A DNA stretch of 64,000 nt, taken from positions 1,843 to 65,842 of the forward strand of contig JBJXGY010000208.1 in assembly GCA_046160185.1 (NCBI GenBank), read 5' to 3'. A program made the translations under genes and the position numbers. This DNA comes from Gaiella sp. (GTDB taxonomy: Bacteria > Actinomycetota > Thermoleophilia > Gaiellales > Gaiellaceae). Position 1 is the first letter of the stretch. Each line of letters opens with the position of its first letter. Below, in pieces: positions 9,407 through 18,488 of the stretch. The notes under the pieces are model-generated. The model did not search any database and was not told where the DNA came from. It saw nothing but the letters and a program-made list of their open reading frames with translations.

Positions 9407-10261
9407 TCAGCCCGCGCGAGGGGCGAACCGCCGGAGCCAGGCGACTCCGTCGCGCACCAGCTCGCGCTCGTCGCTCCCCGGCGCCAGCTGCGCCACCTCC
9501 ACGCACACCGGGCCCGAGAAGCCGACAGCGGCGAGCTCGGTCAGCACCCCGTCCAGCGGGATCACGCCCGTCCCGAAGGCGACCGAGCAGGGCCCGGCGA
9601 CCGGATCGGTGGTCGCGGTGGGAGCCTCGATGTCCTTGAGATGGACGATCAGCGTGCGGGCAGCGAGCCGCCGTGTGCCCGCGAGCACGTCGTCGCCGAG
9701 CCGCAGGAGATTGGCCGTGTCGAGGCAGACGCCGAGCTCGGGACGGCCCGTCGCATCGAGCAGCTGCTCCAGCTCTGCGGCCGTGAGATCGCCGTGGTTC
9801 TCGACCGCGAGCTGGAGCCCGTGCTCGCCCGCGCGCCGCGCCGCCAGCGCCAGCGGCTCCAGCGTCCGCTCGATCTGGACCGCCACCGGCTCCACCCCAC
9901 GCAGTGACGGGCCGGCAACGACGATGCGCAGCAGGGCGACGCCGGCAGCTGCAGCCGCGTCGATCCAGCCGAGCAGGTCGGGGAGCGCCTCGGGTCGTGC
10001 TCCGAAGCAGAGACCGTTGGGCGCACCCCAGCTGAGGCAGAGCTCCATCGGCGCAGCGGCGGCCACCAGCGAGCCGAGGTCGGCGAGGTCGGACGCCGTC
10101 AGATAGCACGTCTCGAGCGCGACGACGTCCACGCCGAGCGGCTGTACCTCGGCGAGCACGGCCCGCCCACCGTCTCCCAGCCGTTCGCCCGGGTCGCTCT
10201 CCCCGCTGCGCAGCTCACCCAGCAGACGGTGGTACGAGTAGCTGTCGACGCCGATCCGCAT
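9407..10261 (-). CDS. sugar phosphate isomerase/epimerase (xylose isomerase-like TIM barrel)
   Basis: The 284-aa product from ATG 10261 (MRIGVDSYSYHRL...LAVENHGDLT...IVHLKD) fits the AP-endonuclease-2/xylose-isomerase-like TIM barrel pattern. Confidence 0.75.
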   Translation of the reverse strand: MRIGVDSYSYHRLLGELRSGESDPGERLGDGGRAVLAEVQPLGVDVVALETCYLTASDLADLGSLVAAAAPMELCLSWGAPNGLCFGARPEALPDLLGWIDAAAAAGVALLRIVVAGPSLRGVEPVAVQIERTLEPLALAARRAGEHGLQLAVENHGDLTAAELEQLLDATGRPELGVCLDTANLLRLGDDVLAGTRRLAARTLIVHLKDIEAPTATTDPVAGPCSVAFGTGVIPLDGVLTELAAVGFSGPVCVEVAQLAPGSDERELVRDGVAWLRRFAPRAG

Positions 10262-10262
10262 C

Positions 10263-11024
10263 GTGGTAAAGTCGGCCCGGCACACCGCTGGAATCGTAGC
10301 TGGAAAGGATTTCCACTTGAAGCTCGACGGACTCGAGGGCCGTGTCGCGCTCGTCACTGGCGCCTCGCGCGGTATCGGGCGCTGCATCGCCGAGACGCTT
10401 CGCGAGCAGGGCGTACGTGTGGCCGCCGGCGATCTCGCCGCACCCGACATCGACGGCGTGCTCGGCCTCGCCATGGACGTCCGCTCCGAGGACAGCGTCG
10501 ACCAGGGTTTTGCGAGCGTCGAATCGCACCTCGGGCCGGTCGACGTGCTCGTGCTCAACGCCGGGATCTACGTCGTCGAGAATCTCGAGGAGACGACCTT
10601 CGACTCCTGGCGCGAGACGATGGCGGTCAACCTCGACGGCGCATTCCTGTGCGCGAAGCGGGCGCTCCCGGGCATGCGTGACCGCGGCTACGGGAGAGTC
10701 GTCGCCGTCGGCTCGAGCGCGGGGAAGACCGGCGGCAAGAGACCTGCTGCAGCGTACGGCGCCTCCAAGGCGGGGATCATGACCCTGGCCAAGGGGCTGG
10801 CGCAGGAGTTCGGCGGGTCGGGCGTGACGGTGAACGCCGTCGCACCTGCCCTGATCGACACGGACATGATCGCTGGCCTGCCCGACCTCTCCTCGCTGAT
10901 CCCCGTGGGGCGGGTTGGGCAACCCCAGGACGTCGCCGATCTGATTGCCTTCCTGGCCTCCGGACATGCCGGATACATCACAGGCGAGGTCGTCGACGTC
11001 AACGGCGGCTTCCTGATCGACTGA
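10263..11024 (+). CDS. SDR family oxidoreductase (FabG-like); true start probably TTG at 10317
   Basis: TGASRGIG and YGASKAG motifs. A start at 10263 would leave only 1 nt to the divergent gene. TTG 10317 is preceded by GGAAAGGA. Confidence 0.85.
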   Translation: MVKSARHTAGIVAGKDFHLKLDGLEGRVALVTGASRGIGRCIAETLREQGVRVAAGDLAAPDIDGVLGLAMDVRSEDSVDQGFASVESHLGPVDVLVLNAGIYVVENLEETTFDSWRETMAVNLDGAFLCAKRALPGMRDRGYGRVVAVGSSAGKTGGKRPAAAYGASKAGIMTLAKGLAQEFGGSGVTVNAVAPALIDTDMIAGLPDLSSLIPVGRVGQPQDVADLIAFLASGHAGYITGEVVDVNGGFLID

Positions 11025-11032
11025 GGAGGACG

Positions 11033-12040
11033 ATGACGACTGTCGCGACATCCGGACGTGTCGAGTTGACGATGAGCGAGGCGCTGAACCGTGCCATCGC
11101 GGAGGCCCTCGAGCGCGACGAGCCGATCATGCACCTCGGGCAGGACATCGGACCGTACGGCGGGACGTTCGGCGTGACCCGAGGACTCTGGGAGCGCTTC
11201 GGCGACGACGTCGTGCGTGACGGCCCCCTGTGCGAGTCGTCGACCGTCGGCTTCGCCATCGGTCTTGCGATCAGCGGCGTCCGCGCGATCGTGGAGATCG
11301 AGTTCTTCGACTTCATCGGCGTCGCCATGGATCAGGTCTTCAACCAGGCGGCCAAGCTGCACTACTTCTCAGGCGGGCGGCTCAAGGTGCCGCTCGTCAT
11401 CCGCACCCCCATCGTCTCCCGGCTCGGCACCGGCCCTCAGCACTCGCAGAGCCTGGAGGCGTGGTTCATGCACATCCCCGGGATCAAGATCGCCATGCCC
11501 TCGAACGCGGCCGACGCCTACGGGCTGATGCGGACTGCGCTGCGCGACGAGAACCCCGTGCTCTTCGTCGAGAACGTGCGACTCTACGGCCGCCGCGGCG
11601 AGGTCGACCTGGACGCCCCACCGATCTCGTTCGGGAGCGCTCGCATCGCCCGCGAGGGCAGCGACGTCACGATCGTCGCCCTCTCCAACATGGTCGACGA
11701 GGCGCTGGCCGCGGCCGAGACACTCGATGAGCGTGGGATCTCGGCCGAGGTGATCGATCCCCGCACGATCGCGCCGCTCGACCTCGAGACGATCCTCGGC
11801 TCGCTGCGCAAGACGATGCGCCTCGTGATCACGCACGACGCGCACAAGACGGGCGGCTTCGGTGCCGAGCTGGCCGCGCTCTGCTGGGAGCACGCGTTCG
11901 ACTATCTCGACGCGCCGGTGGAGCGGGTGTGCGGCCTCGATGTGCCGATTCCCTCGGGCAAGGAGCTCGAGGAGGTCTACCCGACCGCGGAGGGCATCGT
12001 GGCCGCCGCCGAACGCGCGTGCCGGGGAGATCGCCGGTGA
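11033..12040 (+). CDS. 2-oxoacid (pyruvate/acetoin-type) dehydrogenase E1 component beta subunit
   Basis: Typical transketolase-like E1beta sequence (GQDIGPYGGTFGVTRGL...ESSTVGFAIGLA...). Confidence 0.88.
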   Translation: MTTVATSGRVELTMSEALNRAIAEALERDEPIMHLGQDIGPYGGTFGVTRGLWERFGDDVVRDGPLCESSTVGFAIGLAISGVRAIVEIEFFDFIGVAMDQVFNQAAKLHYFSGGRLKVPLVIRTPIVSRLGTGPQHSQSLEAWFMHIPGIKIAMPSNAADAYGLMRTALRDENPVLFVENVRLYGRRGEVDLDAPPISFGSARIAREGSDVTIVALSNMVDEALAAAETLDERGISAEVIDPRTIAPLDLETILGSLRKTMRLVITHDAHKTGGFGAELAALCWEHAFDYLDAPVERVCGLDVPIPSGKELEEVYPTAEGIVAAAERACRGDRR

Positions 12041-13221
12041 TCCCGCTCCTCCTCGAACAGCTGTCGATCTCGATGGAAGAGGGCGTCGTCCTGCGTTGGC
12101 TCGTTCCCGACGGCGCGACCGTGAGCAAGGGCCAGGTCGTGGTGGAGGTGGAGACGGACAAGTCGACCGTCGAGGTCGAGGCCCCGGCGGACGGCGTGCT
12201 GACGATCGTCGTCCAGGAGGGGGCAACGGTGCCCGTGGACACGGAGCTGGCCCGACTGGTGCCGGACGGCGGCACGCAGGCGCCGCCGTCGTCGCCGGCC
12301 TCCACCCCCCTCGCCGGTGCGGCGGCTGCCGCGCCCGAAGGCGAGGCGCAGCGGCCGGATCCGATCGAGCCGGCGACCAACGGTCGCCGCTTCTGCTCGC
12401 CGGCGGCGCGTCGGATCGCCCGCGAGCGCGGCGTGGACATCTCGTCGGTCACGGGCTCCGGCCCGGGTGGCCGCGTGGTTGCAGCAGACGTCCGTAGCGC
12501 GGCGGCCGCCGGGCCGGCCGTGAGCCCTCCCACGGCTCCGGCCCGCGCGGCCGCCAGGACGTTTCGTGATCTCGTCGTCGCCTCCGTCAGCCACAGCTGG
12601 CAGACGGTGCCGCACATCCACATCGCCGGCGACCTCGACGCGGAGGGCCTGGCAGCCGCGAAGAGCGCGGCGGCGCCGGGCACGACGGTCACCGACCTCC
12701 TCGTCGCGGCCGTCGCCGCTGCCCTGGTCGACGTTCCCGAGCTCAACGGCGCGGTCGACGCGGAGCATCGGCCCACGGTTTCGCCACGGGTGCATCTCGC
12801 GATCGCCGTGGCAGGGCCCGAGGGCGTGGCGGCGCCGGTCATCCGGGACGCGGCAGAGCTGACCGTCGCGCAGATCGCGGCCGAGCGCGGCCGCCTCGTC
12901 GCGGCGGCTCGCAACGGTGCGCTGGAGAAGCGCGACCTGGGCGGCGCGACCTGCACGCTCTCCAACCTCGGGTCGTACCCTGTGGACTTCTTCGCGCCCG
13001 TGATCACGGCTCCACAGATCGCGCTGATCGCGACCGGCCGGATGCTCGAGCGACCGGTCGCGATCGACGGCATGCTCGGTGTCCGCCATCGAATCTGGAC
13101 GAATGCCGCCATCGACCATCGCGGCGCCGACGGGGAGGCGGGCGGACGCTTCCTGGCGGCGCTCGAGCAACGTCTCTCCGAACTCCCGGCTCGCCTGCAA
13201 AAGGAGGCCCAGCGCCCGTGA
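12037..13221 (+). CDS. dihydrolipoamide acyltransferase (E2)
   Basis: Lipoyl domain with ETDKST, peripheral-subunit-binding motif SPAARRIARERGVDISSVTGSGPGGRV, and catalytic DHRGADG. GTG 12037 overlaps the E1beta stop (GTGA). Confidence 0.88.
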   Translation: MIPLLLEQLSISMEEGVVLRWLVPDGATVSKGQVVVEVETDKSTVEVEAPADGVLTIVVQEGATVPVDTELARLVPDGGTQAPPSSPASTPLAGAAAAAPEGEAQRPDPIEPATNGRRFCSPAARRIARERGVDISSVTGSGPGGRVVAADVRSAAAAGPAVSPPTAPARAAARTFRDLVVASVSHSWQTVPHIHIAGDLDAEGLAAAKSAAAPGTTVTDLLVAAVAAALVDVPELNGAVDAEHRPTVSPRVHLAIAVAGPEGVAAPVIRDAAELTVAQIAAERGRLVAAARNGALEKRDLGGATCTLSNLGSYPVDFFAPVITAPQIALIATGRMLERPVAIDGMLGVRHRIWTNAAIDHRGADGEAGGRFLAALEQRLSELPARLQKEAQRP

Positions 13222-14237
13222 GCACGACCATTCCCGTCCCCGTCGCCGACGCCGTCCCCGGCCCGAAGCCCGACCTCTCCGACGAGGCTCTACTCGGCCT
13301 CTTCCGCACGATGTGCCGGATCCGCCGCTTCGAGGAACAGGTGGTCGACGCCTACAACCAGCGCCTCGTCCCGGGGTCGACGCACCCCTGCATCGGCCAG
13401 GAAGCGGCGAAGGCGGGCTCGATCTCGGCCATCGCGCCGGACGACCTCGTGCTGGCGACGTACCGCGGGCACGGCGAGGCGCTCGCCAAGGGTTGTGACC
13501 CGGTCTCCATGATGTCGGAGCTGATGTGCCGCTCGACCGGCATGTGCAAGGGCAAGGGCGGCTCGATGCATCTCTCCGACCCTGACCACGGCCTCGTCTC
13601 CACCAACGCGATCGTAGCCGGCCACATCCCGATCGCGGGTGGCGTTGCGCTCTCCTGCCAGAAGCGCGGCACGGGGCAGGTCGTCCTCTGTTATTTCGGA
13701 GACGGGGCTTCGTGCGAGGGCGAGTTCTTCGAGACGCTGAACATGGCCGCGCTGTGGAAGGTACCCCTCGTCTTCATCTGCGAGAACAACGGCTGGGCGA
13801 TCTCGGTCCCGGCGAGCAAGAGCCAGGCGACCCCGGACATCGCTGACCGGGCAACCGGCTTCGGGATACCGACACGCATCGTCGACGGCAACGACCCGAT
13901 CGCCGTGCGCGAGGCGGTGCTCGAGGCGGTTGCTCGTGCCCGCTCCGGCCGGGGACCGACCTTCATCGAGTGCAAGACCGTCCGCTGGGAGCGACACTCT
14001 GCGCTGTCGGCGGGCGCGGATCCCGCGGCCGGGCGCGAGGCCTGGCAGCGGGTCGACCCCATCCCCCGCTTCCGCAACGCCCTGCTCGCGTGGGGTGTCG
14101 GGGAGGAGGCCGTGCTCGACCGGATCGACGAAGAGGCGCTGGCCGAGGCTGCACATGCCCGTCGCGAGGCCGAGGCTGCCCCGTTCCCCACGCCGGGGTC
14201 GATCCACGAGGACGTGTTCGCACCGTCACCCGTGTGA
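13218..14237 (+). CDS. 2-oxoacid dehydrogenase E1 component alpha subunit (TPP-dependent)
   Basis: TPP-binding region GDGASCEGEFFETLNMAALWKVPLVFICENN. GTGA overlap with E2. Confidence 0.88.
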   Translation: MSTTIPVPVADAVPGPKPDLSDEALLGLFRTMCRIRRFEEQVVDAYNQRLVPGSTHPCIGQEAAKAGSISAIAPDDLVLATYRGHGEALAKGCDPVSMMSELMCRSTGMCKGKGGSMHLSDPDHGLVSTNAIVAGHIPIAGGVALSCQKRGTGQVVLCYFGDGASCEGEFFETLNMAALWKVPLVFICENNGWAISVPASKSQATPDIADRATGFGIPTRIVDGNDPIAVREAVLEAVARARSGRGPTFIECKTVRWERHSALSAGADPAAGREAWQRVDPIPRFRNALLAWGVGEEAVLDRIDEEALAEAAHARREAEAAPFPTPGSIHEDVFAPSPV

Positions 14238-15277
14238 TGACCCCGGGCACCGCCATGCGGGCCGTCGAGCTGCCCGGGGTCGGGGCCGACCTGCGGCTGG
14301 TGGAGCGTCCCGTGCCGGTGCCGGGACCGGGTGAGGTGCGGGTGCGCGTGCAGGCCTGCGGGGTTTGCGGCTCCGACCTCTTCCTGCAGAAGGGAGGCTT
14401 CGGCCCCCAGATCCGCATGCCCGTGATCCCGGGGCACGAGGCGGCCGGCGTGGTCGACGCGCTCGGCGAGGGAGTGGAGGGTTGGGCGCAGGGCGAGCAA
14501 GTGGCGGTCTACTACATCGACGCGCCGTCCGACTCGCGGTGGGCGCGGCTCGGCAGGCCGAACATCGGCCCGGGCGTGGTGCGGATGGGAGTCGACGTCG
14601 ACGGCGCATTCGCCGAGTACGTGGTCCGCCCGGCGGCGACGCTGATCCGCACTCCCTCCCCGATCGACCCGGCGACCCTCGCCGTGCTCACCGACGCCGT
14701 CGCCACGCCCTACCACGCGCTCGTCCGGATCGCCCGTCTGCAGCCGGGCGAAACGCTGGCCGTGTTCGGGATCGGCGGCCTGGGGTCGAACGCGGTGCAG
14801 CTCGGCAAGCTGCTCGGCGCCCGGGTGGTGGCGATCAGCCGCAGCGAGGCGAAGCTCGACCTTGCCCGCAGGCTGGGCGCCGACGAGATCGTCCAGGCCG
14901 GCGGCGACGACACCGTGGCGCGAGCCCGGGCCGCCTGCGGCGACGACGGGCCCGAGGTCGTGATCCAGTGTGTCGGCTCGGCCGCCGTCGACGAGCAGGC
15001 GATCGAGCTCGCCACCTTCGCCGGCCGCGTCGTCTTCGTCGGGTCGACACCGGACCAGTTCAGGGCGCGCGCCGTCGAGCTCTGCTGGAAGGAGTTGACG
15101 CTGCTCGGCTCACGCGGCTTCACAGCCGAGGACATCCGGGAGGTCGTCGCCCTCCAGCTGGCGGGCCGTCTGCAGACGGATCACCTGACCGCCGGCACGA
15201 GGCCGCTCGAGCAGGCGAACGAGGCCCTCGAAGACCTTCGCGCGGGCCGCGTGCTGCGAAGCGTGCTCGTGCCCTGA
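14237..15277 (+). CDS. zinc-dependent alcohol dehydrogenase (MDR family)
   Basis: GHEAAGVV zinc motif, CGVCGSD, and GIGGLG Rossmann motif. The ATG overlaps the E1alpha stop (TGATG). Confidence 0.85.
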   Translation: MTPGTAMRAVELPGVGADLRLVERPVPVPGPGEVRVRVQACGVCGSDLFLQKGGFGPQIRMPVIPGHEAAGVVDALGEGVEGWAQGEQVAVYYIDAPSDSRWARLGRPNIGPGVVRMGVDVDGAFAEYVVRPAATLIRTPSPIDPATLAVLTDAVATPYHALVRIARLQPGETLAVFGIGGLGSNAVQLGKLLGARVVAISRSEAKLDLARRLGADEIVQAGGDDTVARARAACGDDGPEVVIQCVGSAAVDEQAIELATFAGRVVFVGSTPDQFRARAVELCWKELTLLGSRGFTAEDIREVVALQLAGRLQTDHLTAGTRPLEQANEALEDLRAGRVLRSVLVP

Positions 15278-15283
15278 CGCCGG

Positions 15284-16588
15284 TCAGACGGTGACGGCCT
15301 CGACCCCCAGGAACGCCGCGACGGCAGCCACCTGCCTTGCCAGCTCACCAGGGGTGGCCGCCGAGTGGTGGTTTGCGCCCGCCCGGCACCAGCGGATCCA
15401 GGAGGCGACCGCATCGTCGCCGGAGAAGCGGAAGGCCGCGTACGGCGTGCCGACCCCGGGCCAGGCAGTGGCGGTGAAGGCGCCGGGGGCAACGATGTAG
15501 CGGTACCCGGGCTGTGGGCCGTCGAGCTCGGTGAAGCCGACGAGGGTGGCCGGTCCGGCGGGGGCCCCGAAGCACGCACATGCGCCGCAGTGCTCGTCGC
15601 CGTCGAACCAGAGGTTGCGAATGAGCGCCGGCCGCGCGCCGTCCCCGAAGGCCAGGTCGTGCTCGCCGGAGCTGGCGATCACGAGCTCGCCGGTCTCGTA
15701 GTCGAGGGACTCCAGCTCGTGGTACTGGGCCGCGGCGCCGAGCAGCTTGAGCGTGAGCATCGCCACCGCGGTGACCACGTCGCCGGCGCATGCCCAGGGG
15801 ATGCCGTTGCTCGTCTGCCGCCCCAGCGCGTAGCAGGGTGCGATGCCGACGTCGGCTCCGAAGCGGATCTCCGGGACGTGGCAGTTGATGGCGCCGGCGT
15901 CGAGCCGGTGGCGCTCGACGAGATCGTCGAGCGCCGCAGCCGCGCGCAGCGTCCGCGCCAGCGAGTCGCCCTCGACGTCCTCGGCGACAGTGAAGATCGC
16001 CCGCGCCTCGGACTCCAGCTCCCGCACGCGCGCGGGCTCGACGGCGAGATAGAGCTCCCGCAGCTCGGCCGCCTCGATGCGGACCGCGTCGATCCCGGTG
16101 GCCGTGCGCAACCGCGAGTCGTCGGCGTCCACGCAGTCGTAGCCCTGGAAGACGGGGCCGACGCGACCGATGCGCGCGCGACGCAACCGCGAGGCGGCGG
16201 CGGCGGCGCGGAGCGCGCCGGCCACGGCCTCGATCGTGAGAGGGTCGTCGACGCGGCCGACCACGAGCTCGAAGGGCCGGCCGGCGCGGACGAGCGTATT
16301 GGTGAGCATGGGCGTGCCCACGGTCGCGCCCTCGCTCGTGATCGCGCCGTGGTCGAAGTCGGCGGGCAGACGCTCTTGGCGGTGGGCCGTCCACACGACG
16401 ACCGGCAGGTCCGGCAGCGGCCGCAGCACGGCCTGCGTGTACGCCGGCATCACCGCCAGCGTCTGCAGCACGAGCGCCGCCTCGGCACGCGCAGCCTCGA
16501 GCTGCCTCGCGAGGGTCGCGCCGTCCTCGACGCTTGCCACCGTCCCGCGGGCGACGACGTCGACCGTTCCGGCCAGGGCGGACGCCAC
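15284..16588 (-). CDS. L-fucose/L-arabinose isomerase family protein (N-terminus unresolved; conserved-looking codons continue to about 16690)
   Basis: The sequence resembles sugar isomerases and the gene lies downstream of rhaM. The first canonical start (GTG 16588) removes about 31 in-frame codons (RPRVALILPYNTFWEAAVPYDL...). Confidence 0.6.
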   Translation of the reverse strand: MASALAGTVDVVARGTVASVEDGATLARQLEAARAEAALVLQTLAVMPAYTQAVLRPLPDLPVVVWTAHRQERLPADFDHGAITSEGATVGTPMLTNTLVRAGRPFELVVGRVDDPLTIEAVAGALRAAAAASRLRRARIGRVGPVFQGYDCVDADDSRLRTATGIDAVRIEAAELRELYLAVEPARVRELESEARAIFTVAEDVEGDSLARTLRAAAALDDLVERHRLDAGAINCHVPEIRFGADVGIAPCYALGRQTSNGIPWACAGDVVTAVAMLTLKLLGAAAQYHELESLDYETGELVIASSGEHDLAFGDGARPALIRNLWFDGDEHCGACACFGAPAGPATLVGFTELDGPQPGYRYIVAPGAFTATAWPGVGTPYAAFRFSGDDAVASWIRWCRAGANHHSAATPGELARQVAAVAAFLGVEAVTV

Positions 16589-16685
16589 GCGGTCGGCGAT
16601 CGCCTCGCGCTCGGCGCGCAGGTCGTAGGGGACAGCGGCCTCCCAGAACGTGTTGTACGGGAGGATCAGCGCAACGCGCGGACGC

Positions 16686-17000
16686 TCACGCGAGATGCCA
16701 CACCTCGTCAGCGCGGAAGACGTTGCCGTTCTCGTCGGTCAGCTGCACGATGAGATCCTCGAACCAGGTCGCCCAGCGGCTGCTCACGTCGGTTGCGCCG
16801 AGGCTGGCGAAGGCCGTGGCCACGTCCGGGGAAACCTCGGCGTAGGCGGTGATCGTCGTGCCGCGCCGGAAGAGCGTGTAGTTCGCGAAGCCCGCGTCCT
16901 TAATCGCCTCGACCAGCTCGGGCCAGATCTCGTCGTGTCGCTTCTTGTACTCGTCCTCGGTTCCGGGACGGATCTCGAAGGTGAAGCACAGGCGTTCCAC
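16686..17000 (-). CDS. rhaM: L-rhamnose mutarotase
   Basis: 104 aa from GTG 17000, preceded by AGGGAGG. The motifs EYKKRHDEIWPEL, ANYTLF and SRWATWF match my recollection of RhaM. Confidence 0.8.
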   Translation of the reverse strand: MERLCFTFEIRPGTEDEYKKRHDEIWPELVEAIKDAGFANYTLFRRGTTITAYAEVSPDVATAFASLGATDVSSRWATWFEDLIVQLTDENGNVFRADEVWHLA

Positions 17001-17026
17001 GGCAACCTCCCTGTTCAAAGCGGGAA

Positions 17027-17042
17027 ACGGTACCGGTACCGT
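17027..17042. promoter_or_regulatory. perfect 16-bp palindrome ACGGTACCGGTACCGT (candidate operator)
   Basis: Read directly, 27-42 nt upstream of the rhaM GTG in the 363-bp divergent intergenic region. Confidence 0.35.
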
Positions 17043-17307
17043 ACATCAGCGATCCGCCGGAGATTGGACGACATCGTCGTCACCGAGTGCTTCCCACCGC
17101 CGATTGCGGTCGTCGGAAGAGACAACAAGGAGGTGGGACGCACGGCCGCGCGGCGCTGCTGTCGGGACGGCTAACAGCGCGACGAGGAGCCGTATGCCGT
17201 GAGCCTCCCCACCGCATTCTCCCACGCTGGAGCTGCGGACCGCGTCCTCCCCGCCCCCGCCTCCGAAAAGCAGCTGTACGTCGGCTGCCAGCGCCGCGTC
17301 CAGGCGT

Positions 17308-17331
17308 TAGGATCGGTTCTGGAATCGTTTC
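17308..17331 (+). promoter_or_regulatory. promoter/operator box TAGGATCGGTTCTGGAATCGTTTC (copy 2)
   Basis: 20 of 24 nt identical to 2212-2235, including the TAGGAT -10-like hexamer. It lies 33 nt upstream of the 17364 start. Confidence 0.5.
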
Positions 17332-17363
17332 AACAGCCACCGGGCCACCAGGGAGGACACGCC

Positions 17364-18479
17364 ATGAGTGAGACGCGCATCGAGTACGTCCCGGCCCTCG
17401 GTCGGCGCACGCGGCTCGGGAGCTGGCAGGACCAGAAGATCTCGACGTATCGCAAGATCCAGGAGGCGCTGGCGGAGCGGCGCTTCGACGACGCCGCCGA
17501 ACTCGGCAACTTCTTCGTTGACGAGGCAAGGGTGTGCTTCGCCATCTACCGCCAGTGGATCCCCGATCTCAATGCCTTTCTGGCCGAGAACGGTGTGGGC
17601 GCCGACGACCTGCGAGAGGTCAACGCCGACATCACCGACAAGCTCGCCCTCCCCGACGGGCGCCCGTGGGACCCGTACAGGCAGTGGCATGACTTCACGA
17701 TGGGGGTCGAGCGATTCGTGGCGCACGTCCACCGGGAGCAGGTGGAGGAGGCGCTCGCCGAGCTCGAGGAACTGAAGGAGACGTGGCGGCGCTGCCACGA
17801 CCGCGACGTCGACCACACCTACGGCCTGATGAGCGAGATCGTCGCACGGCTCGGCGAGAGCGCGATCGGCCCGATGTGGGACAAGGTGCTCCTGCCGCTC
17901 TTCACGTGGCGCTACGAGAAGTTCGACATCGACAAGCACGCCTGGGAGAAAGGGCTCGAGGTGCTGATGATCGTGGCCTGCGAGGCGATGCGCGGCCACC
18001 TGGTCGGGCCGGAGCGCACGGGTGACTTCGAGCTGATCGAGACCGACGACCGCTACATCCTGCGCTTCGACCCGTGCGGGTCGGGAGGCCGCACGATCCG
18101 GGGCGACTGGATCGAGGAGACGCCCGCGCGCATGGAGCCACCGTACAACTGGTCGGTGTCGCAGGAGCCCCACCCGTGGAACCACAACACGAAGGGTGTC
18201 TGCCACTACTGCACGCACTGCATCCGCCTGATGGAGGAACTGCCGATCGACCGCTTCGGCTACCCGGTGCGCGTCGTCGACCCACCGGTGTACCCGGACA
18301 CGGACCGTGACCCGGCGGTGCGACAGCAGTGCCAGTGGCAGATGTTCAAGGACCCGACGAACGTGCCCGCGGAGTACTACGAGCGTGTCGGCCGCACGAA
18401 GCCGTCCGTCTTCGGCTCGAAGGCGATCGGTGCGCCGGACCTGCCGGCCTCCAAGTCGGGCATGCCCGGGGCAGGCTGA
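17364..18479 (+). CDS. hypothetical Cys-rich protein (371 aa), first gene of the hydantoinase operon
   Basis: ATG preceded by GGGAGGA, with high GC3. Cys motifs are DPCGSGG and CHYCTHC. I recognise no family. Confidence 0.7.
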   Translation: MSETRIEYVPALGRRTRLGSWQDQKISTYRKIQEALAERRFDDAAELGNFFVDEARVCFAIYRQWIPDLNAFLAENGVGADDLREVNADITDKLALPDGRPWDPYRQWHDFTMGVERFVAHVHREQVEEALAELEELKETWRRCHDRDVDHTYGLMSEIVARLGESAIGPMWDKVLLPLFTWRYEKFDIDKHAWEKGLEVLMIVACEAMRGHLVGPERTGDFELIETDDRYILRFDPCGSGGRTIRGDWIEETPARMEPPYNWSVSQEPHPWNHNTKGVCHYCTHCIRLMEELPIDRFGYPVRVVDPPVYPDTDRDPAVRQQCQWQMFKDPTNVPAEYYERVGRTKPSVFGSKAIGAPDLPASKSGMPGAG

Positions 18480-18488
18480 GGAGCGCCG

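Noticed and set aside
17087-17363. N-terminal extension of the Cys-rich gene (ORF from 17199) and small ORFs in the rhaM divergent region as a hidden regulator
   Set aside because: These are Arg/Pro-rich with no helix-turn-helix-like segment. A strong RBS precedes ATG 17364, and the shared promoter box lies inside the putative extension.
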